Shown here one piece after another: positions 11,461 through 25,544 of a stretch of 64,000 bases of DNA. The stretch is from Octopus sinensis (Eukaryota): assembly GCF_006345805.1 (NCBI RefSeq), contig NC_043016.1, positions 27,466,001-27,530,000 on the forward strand, read 5' to 3'. Under the pieces are notes generated by a model. It was not told the origin of the DNA, made no database searches, and worked only from the letters and a program-made list of their open reading frames with translations. The stretch's first letter is position 1. Each line of letters begins with the position of its first letter. A program made the position numbers and the translations under genes.

Positions 11461-12810
11461 ATGTCTTTAGTTTATACTTGTATGTCTAGATCTCTACTCC
11501 TACACCCATTCTGCCCTGTCAAGCATTCTCCCTAATTCATCTAATCCCACCTTCCCTAATGTCAATAATTTCTCTGTCTGTTGATCTGCTCAGCTACTGT
11601 GATCATGTGAGAGCAGAATCAACAGATGCTATGTTCCTTTCATTTGTCATTTTCATCATCATTTCTTCCTACAATATTTTCACTGACTACCTCCTTTCTA
11701 TGATTCCCTATGTCTCACCCTCTCTTTGCCTAGTCTTCATATTAACACTGCTTATATCTGCTTCCATTTTCAACTTGCTCTCATATCTGTCATGACACCC
11801 CTTTCACTAAAGCTCTTCACTTATGTACTTTACATTTCACTCCCTACTACTCCTACACCTTGTACATCATCCTCTGCTTCTATTTCTCTCACCTTACATC
11901 TACTCCATATAGGTATTTCTCATCAACCACGCCACCTCTGTTCATCACTTGCCATATTTACCTCTACCCTCATTTCCAGTCATCTGTTGTTCTCCTCTCA
12001 CACTCATACATAACTTCTCACTCTCCCCCCCAATCCACTGTCTGTGTCTTCTCATATGCTCACCTTGTACCTTGAGGATTTGTTTTGCCCCAACTCCCAT
12101 CATTACCATCTTTATCTTCCCAGCTATTCCCACTCACTCATATATGTGGAGTAGCCACGTATCTTCTCTTTAACAAGATACTTATTCTTGTCCCTCTATC
12201 ATACTTTAGCCCCTGAATAACTGGCATAAAGCCCCCCTCCCTCACTGAGTTGTGAAGTCTTTTTCTCTGTTTTTTTCTTTTTCTACCGTGTAGGGTACTT
12301 AGCAACCTCACCAGTGCTGGTGGTACAAAAAAAATGCACCCTGTACATTCTGTAGAGTAGTTGGCATTAGGAAGAGCATTCAATTGTAGAACTTCTGTCA
12401 AAGCAGACACTGGAGCATGATGCTGTCCTTGGATCCATTGGATCCTGCCACACCGTCCAACCCATACCAGCATGGAAAACAGACATTAAATGATGCTAAT
12501 GTTGATGTTCAACGATGATATCGTCATCCTTTAACACCCATCATTCATGCTGACATAGGTTGGGTGGTTTCACAGGTTCTGACAGAATCTAAGGACTACA
12601 TAGTGCTCCAATGTCTCATTTGGCAAGGTTTCTACGGTTGCATGCTCTTCCTTACACCAACCCTTTTGCAGCATGTATCGTGTGTGTGTGTGTCTTTTTT
12701 TTTTTTTTGTGACATCATCAATAGTAACACAAAAATATGAGTTTGTGTGTGTTTATATAAACCTATCTGCAGTCATGTCTAACATCAATTCCTTGTCATT
12801 TTCTTTCCAG

Positions 12811-12875
12811 GAAGTTGAAAACGGCCGCCTGTTTCGACTCCTTTGCAAGTTAGTTACGATATTGGAAAGACCCGA
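12811..12875 (+). CDS. PAN3: PAN3 exon: EVENGRLFRLLCKLVTILERP(E)
   Basis: Acceptor ttctttccAG at 12809-12810 and donor GTaag at 12876; 65 nt. Matches PAN3 EVQNGRLFRLLAKLGTINERPE. Confidence 0.97.
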
Positions 12876-12917
12876 GTAAGATATATTGTTTTATTCTCTT
12901 CATGTGTGTATGTATGT

Positions 12918-12964
<47 letters not shown>

Positions 12965-13189
12965 CTGCAGGTGTAGCTGTGTGGTAAGAAATTTACTTCC
13001 CAACACATGGTCTCAAGTTCATTCCAACTACATGGCACTTTAGGTAAATGTCTGCTTTAGCCTAAATGCTGATGAATGATTGTGTGTGTAATATTAGGTT
13101 GGAAAGAAATTCCTGTTGCATTTCAAAATGGGAAGGAAACAAATGATTGTTTGGTTTTAATTGGTATATTTAATGAAGATAATTCCTTT

Positions 13190-13490
13190 CATTATTGTCA
13201 ACGTTATCCCATCTAATTTGGCAAATTGTTGGTCCATCGGATTTTAAATTCTTCAGGTTTCCAAGTAAAGAAACAATATTTTTGTTTTCCCTCTAAATAA
13301 CGTTTCAATAATCTGCAAAGGTGATGCTCAAACAGAGCAAGGCATTGAGAATAAGGAGGATGAGGTAAAAACTCCCATATATATATGGTACTATAATCTT
13401 TTCCTGAGTGACTTGGGTAATATGTTGTCTTGCAGTTTTGTGTAAGAGCAACAATGATGGGCACTTTTTATGCAAATTTTTGTGCAATGG
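13190..13490 (-). mobile_element. Mariner transposase C-terminal remnant
   Basis: LLLLHKTARQHITQVTQEK and WEFLPHPPYSQCLA...HHLCRLLKRYLEGK (HDNARPH / HPPYSPDL motifs), frameshifted. Confidence 0.85.
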
Positions 13491-14211
13491 TTCCAGTTAA
13501 TGACAATAGTTCTTTGTTTTAACTGTTTCATTTTGGTTTAACATTTCATTTTCTACCTAACACAGAACTTGTCCAGATACATAAAGTTTCATTTCCATAG
13601 AGAGGTTGAATATTTCTTGCCACTTCTATTACTGAAGAATCTTTTTGAATGCAGTGTCAGGTATGGGGCTGAGCTTAATGAGTGGGACCCACTCCATATA
13701 GGAAGGGAAAATAATCTCCAAAATCAAGAATTCTCCAAAGCTGATATGCTCTGCAGATGTCACTTATTGTGGAAAAAAGCATGTCCACATAGCTATCCTC
13801 CTCTCTCCTATCAATCAGATTGTCTATTACTTGATGCCATTTTAATTTTTGGAGAATTCTTTCTACTTGAGATTATTGTCCTTCTTCATTTGGCATTTGT
13901 CCCAATGGAAGTGGAGATTAATTTCAGTAATCCAACAATTTATCTTATATATCATCATAATCATCGTCATTTAGCATCCACGTTGCATGGGGTGGATGGT
14001 TTGACAGAATTTGATGGTTCTAAAGACTGTATTGTACTCTAGTTTGTTTTTTTTGGCATGGTTTCTATGGCTGGATACCCTTCAACTTTAAAGTATGTGC
14101 TAGATGCTTTTTTTTTCATGGCATCAACACTAGTGAGGTTGCCATGCAATTTGCAAGACTTTGAACTCCAAGAGAAGTGAGTTTATGCTAAATAAAGGAT
14201 TAGTGCTTTAA

Positions 14212-15266
14212 CCCTTTCGTTACCAAACCGCCCGCAAAAAATTTTGGTTAATGTGACCAAACCACCCAAAGCCGCCCGAATTTACCTATTCATATTTAAA
14301 TGAGAATATCAGAGCAAATCTCTTTAGTACATTCGTGAAAATACGTATTATACTTCGTAAAGAGTTCAACTACAGTTTTGTACAAAAATCGAAGTGTAAT
14401 TTTAATTCCGTGAATTTGGGGAGATTTTTTTCCGAAATTTGTTCCTATTGTGTTTTCAAAATTTGTAATTCTGACAAAAAATGGATACGAATTTCATTAT
14501 ATCAAGCAGCGAGTCAGAATTCGAAGGATTTTCTACTGAAGACCTTCATAAATCTAACTCTATGACTGAAAAAGAAAAGCATGTGGTATTTGATAATGAA
14601 TCTGATGTTTCATTTTCCAAAAGTGAAAACAGTGAATCCGAGAGCTCCGACAGCGATAAAGAAAACGAATTGGCACCTGAATGGAGTGAAAATTTAAAAA
14701 CTGTTTCTTTCGGTGATTTTTCTGAAGAAACTGGACCAAGCCACAGACTTTCCCAGAAGAGTAAAGCCTTAGACTATTTCTTTTTACTTTTTCGAATGAG
14801 CCTATTTGAAATCATTACGGCGGAAATGAACCGTTACGCTAAATGTAAACGAAACGAAAGAAAGGATAGTTAGTGGTTTCCCACAACCTTAAATGAAATT
14901 AAGACTATTTTGCCATAAATATTATTATGGGTATCAGAAAGTTACCCAGAATAACAAATTCTATCGTAAAATTTTGTTGTATACCCAATTGAATATTAGC
15001 GATGTTTGAACAAAATTTTAATAATTTTATATTTTGTTGAATTTACCTGTATCTACCTGCAATTAGAGTCACGTTATGACAAAAATTATAGTATAGAATT
15101 GGTTGAGAACATTTCATTAAATTATCTTCCAAAATTCACGTTAATATATTGATAAATAAAAAAGTTATAGTTGTTTAATGAAACCAGACTAAATTTATGA
15201 TTATGTTAGAAATTAATTGAAACACATAAGGGGTGAATTTTGTTCAGAAATATAGTAACGAAAGGG
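14212..15266 (+). mobile_element. Internally deleted piggyBac element with N-terminal transposase fragment (ORF 14481-14873)
   Basis: TTAA TSDs at 14208-14211 and 15267-15270; perfect 12-bp TIR CCCTTTCGTTAC / GTAACGAAAGGG. The ORF has an acidic N-terminus then FSEETGP...LDYFFLLF...FEIITAEMNRYA, continuing past a stop as WFPTTLNEIK / IIMGIRKLP. Confidence 0.93.
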
Positions 15267-15649
15267 TTAACATTCAGATTTTTTTGTCAAATGTATTATT
15301 TATTTATATTGTTTTGAATTAATCATCATTATTGTTTAACTTTAAGATAGTCAGTGGCGTCTTTGTATATTTTTAGAATGGCATTGTAGATAAGGTGTGA
15401 GAGGCTGGATTTGGTCAGTTTTAACATAAAACATGTAGAATATTTGGGCCAGTATCAGCCAAATGTCAAGCCCAAGTATTCTCCATGTTTTATGTTCAAC
15501 CAGCCAGATCTGGCTTCTCACACCTTACTCTACAATCTGATTGTAAAACTAAAGCCACATCATCAAAATCTCGAAGCTATGAGATAATGTATGATTAATT
15601 GAAAACAATTTGAATAAATAAGCACATTACAGTTGACAGAGTAATTTAA

Positions 15650-15872
15650 CCCTTTTGTTACTATATATTTTTTTTTGAGATGCTCTGTGTTTCTTTCAAT
15701 TACTTTAAATATAACAAAGAATTCAGTAAAATAATTTAGCTATCATTCAGCTAGTATTAGGAATATAAATTGTGAATAAGATTTGGTGGAAGATTTTAAT
15801 TCAAAACTTATGAAAATGAGACATTTGTGCCCAGAGCCAGAGCCGGTTTCAGCCAGGTTGCTAACGAAAGGT
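15650..15872. mobile_element. piggyBac-type MITE sharing the TIR of the 14212-15266 element
   Basis: TTAA at 15646-49 and 15873-76; ends CCCTTTTGTTAC / CTAACGAAAGGT. Similar degenerate copies at ~8085-8290 and ~40143-40800. Confidence 0.8.
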
Positions 15873-17654
15873 TTAAATGCTAAAGGCATTTAAAGGTATG
15901 AGAGAAAAAGTCAGAGCAGAACAGAAGAGAGGGTGGGAGTAAGTGGGTGAAGTTGGAAAGAGATAAAAATAGTGGTGAGGAGATGTTTATTTGGACCCTC
16001 AAGGTACCAGCTGAGTAGAGGATGAGTGGGCCAGAGGGACCAGGCATATGGGTGGGTGAAGATTGCAAGAGTGTATGAGAGAAAGAGAGATGAGGAGTGA
16101 GTGAGGCAGTGTGAATACAGTGAATGAACAAGTGTTGAGGGGTGTATGTTGTAAATGGTGGACAAGAGTAGGGAGTGTCCAAGGATGCATGGAGGGTGCT
16201 TTTTAATGGCACCAGCACTAGTGGCATCATCAAGTAACTTTCAAGACAAGACCCCCACCTCAACTGAGTTCGAGTGTAATATTGAAGGAGGTGGTTTTAT
16301 GTCAGGTGTTGAGAAAATAAAGATGTGATAAAGGGTGTTTTGCTGTAGAGGTGACACATGGCTACCGCAGCAGAAAAGGGAGAAAAGATGGTATATGAGA
16401 TGTCAGTGCATAACCTCAAGGGACAAGAATGATAGAAAGTGTATAGGGACAGAAGATCAAGGATGGGTGGGTAGGTATGTTCAGGAGAGGCAGACTTTAG
16501 AGATGAGGACAGAATTGAAAGTAGTGAGTGGCAAGCCCAAACACAAACGCAGATGGTTAATAGTGAATCTCATTCACTGGAACGCAAGCAAGCAAAGGGA
16601 AATACAATAATTGCTTAAGTGGGGTTTGTGAAGAGAAAACCAATAGGATAAAACTGTAGATAACAAATAGGGAGATACCATATTTGCTGGCATTTTAGGA
16701 TGCCCTGCTATTTTACAAAGATATTTTGTGTTAGATTATACACCTATTGATAAATATTTTAACTGGTCAAATCTAGCCAAAATATTCTATTTATTTGAGT
16801 TTCTCACATCTACTCTATAATATCATTAAAAAAATATACAATCACATCATAAAAATCTCAAAGGTACAGGATAATGCCCGATTAATTCAAAACAATGTCA
16901 ATAAATAAGAATTATGATACAATTTAATCTGAATGCTAAAGGGTTAAAGTTGTTTTGTAAAGGAAAATGTGTATAGTTCTGCACAAGAAAATAGAATTTT
17001 AAAACAGTATACTGGAATAATGTATGAAACCATAAATTTATCATAGGTAAACTATTTTAAACAAGTACTACATTTCAACTTTATCTTCTTTCAGATCAAT
17101 TGTATAGTTGGTTATATTTTAGTTAAGAGAATTGTTATACTCTATGTGAAATTAATATTTCTAGCTATAATATTTATGTAACTTCATTTAATCACCAGGG
17201 TGATGCGCCACCACTATGATATTGTTGTTATCTACTTATAGCTGACAGGTAGATGAAAGTTTAACATTTCTTTCATCTTTCTAGGAGAATTTTTCAATTA
17301 GATGTTTAAAAAAAATGTTTCTTTAATGTAGCACAGACATTAAATAATGTAAGTCATATCAAGTATGGTTATGTATGGTGAGGAAGGAGGTATGAGATGG
17401 CATGACTTTTTCACATAGCTACTGACTTGTGAGCAATTTTTTGTAAATTTATGGTAGCAGACTCATATTTTGGCTTGTTTTCAATATCATATTATTAGTA
17501 ACAAATATGAGAGAAGGGCAAATTTTTTGATATGTTTAAAAATATTTAAAAAATGCATTTTATACTCTTACAAATACAGTGTATATTTTGAAAAGCTTAT
17601 GTATTATACTTACCTGTTATTATAATTCAAAGTCATTAATCTTTTTCATTACAG

Positions 17655-17793
17655 ATTCTCAATTGATGCTTCCTGGTCAGAAACAGGAGATCGATACATG
17701 TTAAAACTCTTCCGTGACTACATCTTCCACCAAGTTGATGAACATGGCACACCATGGGTAGATATGGCACATATCGTGGACTCGTTAAACAAG
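17655..17793 (+). CDS. PAN3: PAN3 exon (C-terminal knob): (E)[46 protein letters not shown]
   Basis: Acceptor ttacAG at 17653-17654 and donor GTatgt at 17794; 139 nt in frame. Contains the WSETGDRY and LKLFRDxxFHQV motifs. Confidence 0.97.
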
Positions 17794-17879
17794 GTATGTC
17801 TGTACATATATCTTTTACTTGTTTCAGTCATTGGACTATGACCATGGGTGTCCTGGACACCATTAACATGTTGTCAGAT

Positions 17880-18150
17880 ATGATAATGAAGTCACTACCA
17901 ATTGTCTGCAGGAAGATCTCTTAGAAATGATCCTTCTGTACTTCCGTTAAACCTATATTTGAAGCATGTGCTGAGATAACTGTTGTTTGTCGAGATGCCT
18001 ATCACTAGTCTCATCTTGATTATTCTGTCACAAACTCTGACTACCTCAATTCATTTTTTCTATTCATTTCCCACTGTTGCACACCCAGAAGAATTTGTAC
18101 GTCCATCTTTCACTTACGAGGTTTTTAGCTGGGGATGTGTTTCACTTTAA
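17880..18150 (-). mobile_element. RTE-type apurinic endonuclease fragment
   Basis: Minus strand YKFFWVCNSG ... IEVVRVCDRIIKMRLVIG; degenerate. Confidence 0.6.
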
Positions 18151-21100
18151 CTCTTCTAAATGGCATACATCCACTTGTCTCTGCCCCTGCATTTCCACAA
18201 TCCCATCAGCCCTACCTTTTATCTGCCTGCGTTAATTGTTGCAGCCCTAAAGTTTCGGAGTATCATAGAAGTCAGGGTGTATCATTAGTGGGAAGGTGGT
18301 TTAGTGATTGGTTCATATTTGTATGAATGTGTCCACACCTGTGAGGGATAAGAAAGATTGTGGGGCAGTTTCCCAACAGTTGGCAGATTTACATGCATTA
18401 TTATTAGTAGGTTTGTCCTTGCATTTGATTTACCATCTTTCACACTTGCTGCATCTACCACAAAAATAAATAATAACTGATTAATTAACTAGTAAGTATC
18501 CCCTTAGCTCATAAAAATTCACTTACATTTCCGATGTAAGTGAATTAAAGGTCTTTCCAGACAGAATATATTGATAAAAAGTGAAAAAAACAAGCAAGCT
18601 AGTCAGTACTTATGTTGAAGAAGAGTCATGTAAAAATTCAACTGAAACTCTCTGTGTGTGTGTGCACGCGCGTGTGCATGCTTGTATGTTTGTATCTTGT
18701 TTGATATTGCATGATAGTTGTAAGTCAGTGTCACCGTCATAAAAACAGTGTCATTCATTTCCAATATTCTCTGAAAATATATCTGGCTATGGGGAAATAT
18801 TACCTTGGAAAGTGAGTTAGTGAAAATCCACCTCGATAAACTCTTAACTGACACATGCAAGTATGAGAAGTTGAACATGAAAATAATGATAGATGGGTAT
18901 GTGTGTATGTATATATATATATATATATATATACACAACAGGCTTCTTTCAGTTCCCATCTACCAAACCCGCTCAAAGGCTTCAGTTCAGCCCAGAGCTA
19001 TAGTAGAAGGCACTTGCTTGATGCCACACAGTTAAAATAAACCTAAAACCATGTGTTTGGGAAACAAAATTCTTAACTATACAGCTGTGCCACACACAGA
19101 GTAAAAAAAAACACTGGCCTAAGTTATCACACAGTGGGATTGAACCCAAAGCCCTGTGGTTGGGAAGTGGTCTTCTTAGCCATACAGCCAACCCTGTGCC
19201 TTGGAAATAAGTATTGTCTCAAACGTTATAGAATTTATAAAAGTATTAGTATTCATTGATCAATAGATGAGTCAGTGGCTTATGACTGAAAAGATAGTTT
19301 TATGCTTTTTTTTTTTTGTGATAGTATAGATCTTGGGATTGTGTCTAATTTTTCCAATTAGCCCAATCTTCCTCAGTGGCTTGTTGATTAATAAGAGACC
19401 TCATGCAGTTCCGGAGGTACTGTTTTCTGACTCTTGTGTAGTTATTGCCCTTGAGAAGGGGTGCTGCTCTAGGCAGTGCTTTGGCTCATTGATTTTTTTT
19501 TGTTAATTACAGGTGAAGGTCATTTGCACATGTGTAATTATATATGTACACACCATTTCAGCATGTCATCATTTAACATGCCTGTTTCCATAGTGGTATA
19601 GATAGGATGGTTTGACAGTAAACAATGAGCCAGAGGGCTGTACCAAGCTCCAATGTTTGCTTTGGCATGGTTTATACATGTGGATGCCCTCCCTAATGCC
19701 AACCATTTCACAAAGTGTACTTTTTCATGGCATCAGCACTGGTGAAATCACCAAGAATTTGCAAGACAAGACCCTCAGCTAAAGCATGTAATGTGGAAAG
19801 TATGATAGAGGAACAGGGTCAAGTATCTTGCTAAAGAGGCTCTCCAGTCCCAGCTAGAAAGAGAATGATGATGAGAGCATATCCTCGACATAAATGTGAG
19901 AAAGAGAATAAGGATAAAAGATAGAAAAAGTTGGTATGTAAGGTTGCGAAAGTGTGAATAGAATGTGACATGTGGGCACAGTAAATATCAGATGCGAGTA
20001 GAGTGAAGTCAAGGGAATAGGAATGGGTCATAGAGGAGAGAGAAGGTGATGAGAGACAGCAGGAGGAATACAATGTGAACTGTATCCCCACTTTTTCTGT
20101 CTTATCAGGGTATTTTTACTCAGTCTTCTAAGCTGTTTTATCAGCTATTCTCCTGTATTTGAGCTTTCCTTTATTTCTAAAATAAAAATACCAGTTCACT
20201 CAACACTTTAATGTTTCTTTATATGTTCTCACATTCCAAAAGTTAATATTTAGCATTATAAAAAATAGTATCTGTTGTCACGGGTCATTTAACTTAAAGG
20301 TACAGAGTGCTCAACCAAATTTTGAGATGTACATTGTTTGATTTTTCTCTAGTGGGCTTGGTAGCCACTTTTTTTTTCCATTTTTTAAGGGTATTTTTAC
20401 CCTATCTTCTAAGCTGCTTTCACAGCTATTTGCCTGCATTTCAGATTTCCTTAATATCTAAAATAAAAATACCAACTCGCTCATCACTTTGATGTTTGTT
20501 TATAATGCCATGTTGATAATTATTGAGAGATTTCTCTCTACATGGAACCATTTGTAGCTCTGTTTACTCCAAAATGAAGAATATTTATCCACCTCCACCA
20601 ATGCTGTGTTGTGCACTCATTCTTACTGTTCAATGTATTTTTTAATATGCTGGCCATTGATAAAATTTTTTCGAAAATTTTTATCCTATATTAGATATAC
20701 ACACACACACATACACATGGCACAAGTGTGGCTGCATGGCAAGAAGTCTGCTTCCCAACCACATGTTTCCAAGTTCAGTTCTACCATGTGTCATCGTAGG
20801 CAATTGTCTTCTTCTATAGTTCCAGGCTGACCAACGCTTTGTGGATGGATTTGGTTGGCAGAAACCGAAAGGAGCTTGTCGCGTGTGTGTCTGTGTGTGT
20901 GTTATAGATGTCTGCATATTTGTGTGTGCATTACAGTTTCCTTTCCTTGTCATCATGTCATAGTGGTGAGCAAGTGGTCATCATTATATGAGTAGTGTTC
21001 TTCAGTTTCCAGACAAAATCTGTTTAGCCATGGGAAGATATTGCCTTACTTGGAAATAGGCGAGGGTTGGAGGCAGGAAAGGCATCCAGTCATTCAAAAT

Positions 21101-21301
21101 CCTCCTCAACAAATTTTCTCCAACCAATGCAAGCATGGAAGAGTGGATGTGAAGTAATGATAGGAATAATAGTGGTGATATGTGTTTATTTTTACATGTA
21201 CATTCATTCATTCACATATACCAACATATGAACTTACACACACCTCACACATTAAACTTCAAAAACTAAACACCCATCTTTTTCTTTAATTCTCTTCACA
21301 G

Positions 21302-21448
21302 CTCGATGCAGGTGTGATGGACAAGGTGACCTTGATGTCCAGAGACGAACAGACGATGTTGGTGGTATCTTATGCAGAGTTAAAACAGAGCTTCGAAACT
21401 GCGTTCACAGAGCTGCTGACTGCTACACAGCACACAAATTTTGCATAA
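21302..21448 (+). CDS. PAN3: PAN3 last coding exon: LDAGVMDKVTLMSRDEQTMLVVSYAELKQSFETAFTELLTATQHTNFA*
   Basis: Acceptor ttcacAG at 21300-21301 and stop TAA at 21446-21448. Matches the PAN3 C-terminus LDAGVPEKISLISRDEKSVLVVTYSDLKRCFENTFQEL. Confidence 0.97.
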   Translation, partial: LDAGVMDKVTLMSRDEQTMLVVSYAELKQSFETAFTELLTATQHTNFA

Positions 21449-21541
21449 ATATGCTAAGAATATTTGGAATATATTTTAAATATGGTGGGATTTTATGTAT
21501 TTTCAGGTGTGTGGGTATATGTATCTGAGTGTATGTGTGTG

Positions 21542-21604
<63 letters not shown>

Positions 21605-21829
21605 TACAGGCATGTATGTTTATATATGTGTATAGTACTTACATATCTATCTATATATATATATATATAATATATATAAATTAGAAAAAAACCACCTTTT
21701 ATCAATCAATAATGAAAAATTAAATTTTTCATTATTGAATTATATAATATATATATATATTATATTTTGTGAAATTTGATTTAGTATTTCTAAATTGAAT
21801 TTTTCCCTATAAGTTTGGAATAATATTCA

Positions 21830-21942
21830 CTCATATAATATATATATGTATATATATATGTATATATGTATATGTATATATATATATGTATATATATATG
21901 TATATGTATATATGTATATATATATGTATATGTATATATATG

Positions 21943-21980
<38 letters not shown>

Positions 21981-22106
21981 TATATATATGTATATGTATA
22001 TGTATATATATATGTATATGTATATATATATGTATATATATATATATGTATATATATATGTATATGTATATATATATGTATATGTATATATATATGTATA
22101 TATATG

Positions 22107-22141
<35 letters not shown>

Positions 22142-22215
22142 GTATATATATATATATAGATAGATATATGTATATGTATATATATATATAGATAGATAGA
22201 TATATGTATATGTAT

Positions 22216-22246
<31 letters not shown>

Positions 22247-22271
22247 GATAGATAGATATATATATGTATAT

Positions 22272-22303
<32 letters not shown>

Positions 22304-22571
22304 AGATAGTAGATATATGTATATGTATATATACATATATATACATATATATATAATATGTATACATATATATAATATAGATAGATAGATATATGTATAT
22401 GTATATATACATATATATTATAATATATATATTATATGTATACATATATATATATATATATAGATAGATAGATAGATATATGTATATGTATATATACATA
22501 TATATTATATATATATATATGTATATATATAATTATATTATATATATTATAATATATATATATATGTATAC

Positions 22572-22654
<83 letters not shown>

Positions 22655-22809
22655 ACATATATATATATATATATAGATATATATATATATATATATATGT
22701 GTATACATATATACATATATATATATAGTGTATACATATATATACATATACATATATATATATAGGTTATACATATATATATACATTATATATATATATA
22801 TATGTATAC

Positions 22810-22885
<76 letters not shown>

Positions 22886-23245
22886 ACATATATATATAGA
22901 TATTATAATATGTATACATATTATATATATATATATATATGTGTATACATATATATATAGATATATATATATTGTATACATATATATATATATATATGTA
23001 TACATATATATATATATATATATATGTATACATATATATATATATATGTATAATATATATATATATATGTATACATATATTATATATATATATATATATA
23101 TGTATACATATATATAATATATATGTATACATATATATATATATATATATATGTAATACATATATATATATATGTATACATATTATATACATATATAGTA
23201 TACATATGTATACATAATAACATATATATGTATACATATATATAC

Positions 23246-23292
<47 letters not shown>

Positions 23293-23800
23293 ACATATAT
23301 ATATGTATTACAATATATATATATATATATATGTATACATATATATATGTATACATATATATATATGTATATATGTATACATATATATATGTATACATAT
23401 ATATATATATATATATACATATATATGTATATATATATATAATATGCAATATACATTGTGGTGTGTATGTGCCTATAGATGTATGGATATATATATTTGT
23501 AATTTTGTATGTATGTTATTTATGTATAATTTTTACGTGTGTATGTATGTCCATATATATATATATGTATATATGTGTGTGTGCGTTTATGAGTATATGT
23601 GTATATAGTATGTATGTATATATATTATATGTTTATGTGTGTGTATGTATATACGTGTGTGTATTTGTGCGTGTGTGTATATATGTATATATATTTGCAT
23701 AAATATGTGTATATGCATATATATTTGTGTATATATATATATGTGCGTGTGTGTATGTAAATATACATAATACGTACATTATATGTATGTATGTGTATAA
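21830..23800. repeat. ~2-kb compound (TA)n microsatellite with recurrent GTATAC / TATG / TAGA interruptions
   Basis: Directly visible; it produces the Y/I-rich pseudo-ORFs in the ORF track. Confidence 0.97.
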
Positions 23801-23970
23801 AAAAAGCCACATTAGTGAAATATTTTAAGATATGTGTCTTTTTCTGTAGAAGTTTTGTAGATTCATGTGATTTCATTGGGGTTTTTTCATATCAGAAAAT
23901 GGAAAAAAATGGGATGTGATGTAAGCAGAAAAGAAGATATCTATGTGTGGTGTGTGTGTGTGTGTGTATG

Positions 23971-24003
<33 letters not shown>

Positions 24004-24887
24004 ATATATAATATATATATATATATTTGTATATGTGTATGTATGTGTGTGTGTGTGTATATAAATATATGTGTGTTTATACGTGTGCGCACACACACAC
24101 ACATACACACACTTGTCTCCATTTTGTTTTTCAAATTTTTAATACTGTCTCTTGCAACTCCTAACTGAAAAGTCACCATTTCTTGTGTGACGAGGCAGGA
24201 TTTAAACTCAGAATGTAAAAGTACCGGAAAAAATTCCTGTAAATATCCCATCTGATGCTAAAAGAATTCTGCCGTTCCACAGCCATTGTCCAGTACTTAT
24301 TTTATCCACCCTGATATCATGAGAGGTTTATCTTTGTAGAATTTGAACTCAGAGTTTGGAGATTCAGAGAAAATTACATAAGGTGTTCTAACCAATAATC
24401 TAACAACCATGCCTGTACGCCTAGATGTATATAGGTGCAGGCATGGCTGTGTGGTTGATAAACTTGCTTCCCGGTCATGTGTTGTTGGATTCAGTTCCAC
24501 TATGTGGCATCTTGGGCTTTCTACTATAGTCCCATGTTGACCAAGACCTTGTGAGTGTATTTCAATGACGGAAACTGAAAGAAGCATATTGTGTGTGTGT
24601 GTGTGTGTTTCTACCTTTGTCTTGATATCACATAATGGTTGTAAATAAGTATTGCTATCTTACAAGCAGTGTTGTTCATTTCCAGTTTTCCATAGAAGAC
24701 ATGCCTGACCATGGGAAAATATTATCTTGCTTAGAAACAGTAAGGGCATCCAGTTGTTGAAAATCTGCCTCAGCAAAGTCTGTCTGACTTAGGCCAGCGG
24801 CAAGCTCGGGAAACTGGACATTAAATTATGATAAGGATGATGTTTGTGTGTGTGTGTGTGTGTATACATGGACACACACTCATACTA

Positions 24888-25520
24888 TATTTGCTGGCAT
24901 ATAAGGCATGCTTTTATTTCCATGTATAAAACGATTTTCTCTGTGTCTAACATAACTCTGTTACAAGTGGAGGAATGAGTGTTGTAGACTAAAGAGAGGA
25001 ATAAGCATAAGTCTGCTGGACACAATGAGACATTGAAAACAAGCTATAATATCAGTTTGCCAGCAGTGAAATGGTGAGGTTACATACTTCCTTCCCCAGC
25101 ACTCATAACCCACCCCTGATATGTGTCTTACATTATTTAATGATTATGTTACATTAAAGAAACATTTTTTTTTCTTCAATTATTTAAATAAAAATTTTCC
25201 TGGGAAAATGAATTGAAGGGAAAAACTTTCATCCACTCTTTTGGCCAAATGCTGTTTCACAGAGCATATTAGCCAAAACTATGAGTTTTACATCTTGTAT
25301 GGTAATTCTCTCGACCGATTGGAAAGAAGATAATGCTAAGGTATGTAGCTTATTTATGATGAATTTATGGTTTCCTACATTTTTTTCTAGTGTACTTGCA
25401 CAACATTGCATTTACTTGTATAGAATCGTACATTCCCCTTTGCATAAAACCATTTCAAAATATCTTTCAATAAGTGTTTGGTGAAACATATTAAATTTAT
25501 TTCCTTCTTGAAATACTAAA
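24888..25520. mobile_element. Tc2-like MITE, partial copy
   Basis: Left end TA|ctatatttgctggcatataagg; internal block agaatcgtacattcccc...aaaatatctttcaataagtg shared with 36621-37433. No right TIR seen. Confidence 0.65.
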
Positions 25521-25544
25521 GAGTAAATTTATTTAATAAAATTG

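Noticed and set aside
13569-14042. 157-aa ORF
   Set aside because: No recognisable motif or splice support, and it runs into a repeat; probably a chance ORF in old TE debris.
21464-24251. Numerous Y/I/C/M/V-rich ORFs (also at 38.9, 48.1, 53.6, 56.3, 58.8 and 62.0 kb)
   Set aside because: Translations of (TA)n, (CA)n, (TATG)n and (ATCT)n microsatellites.
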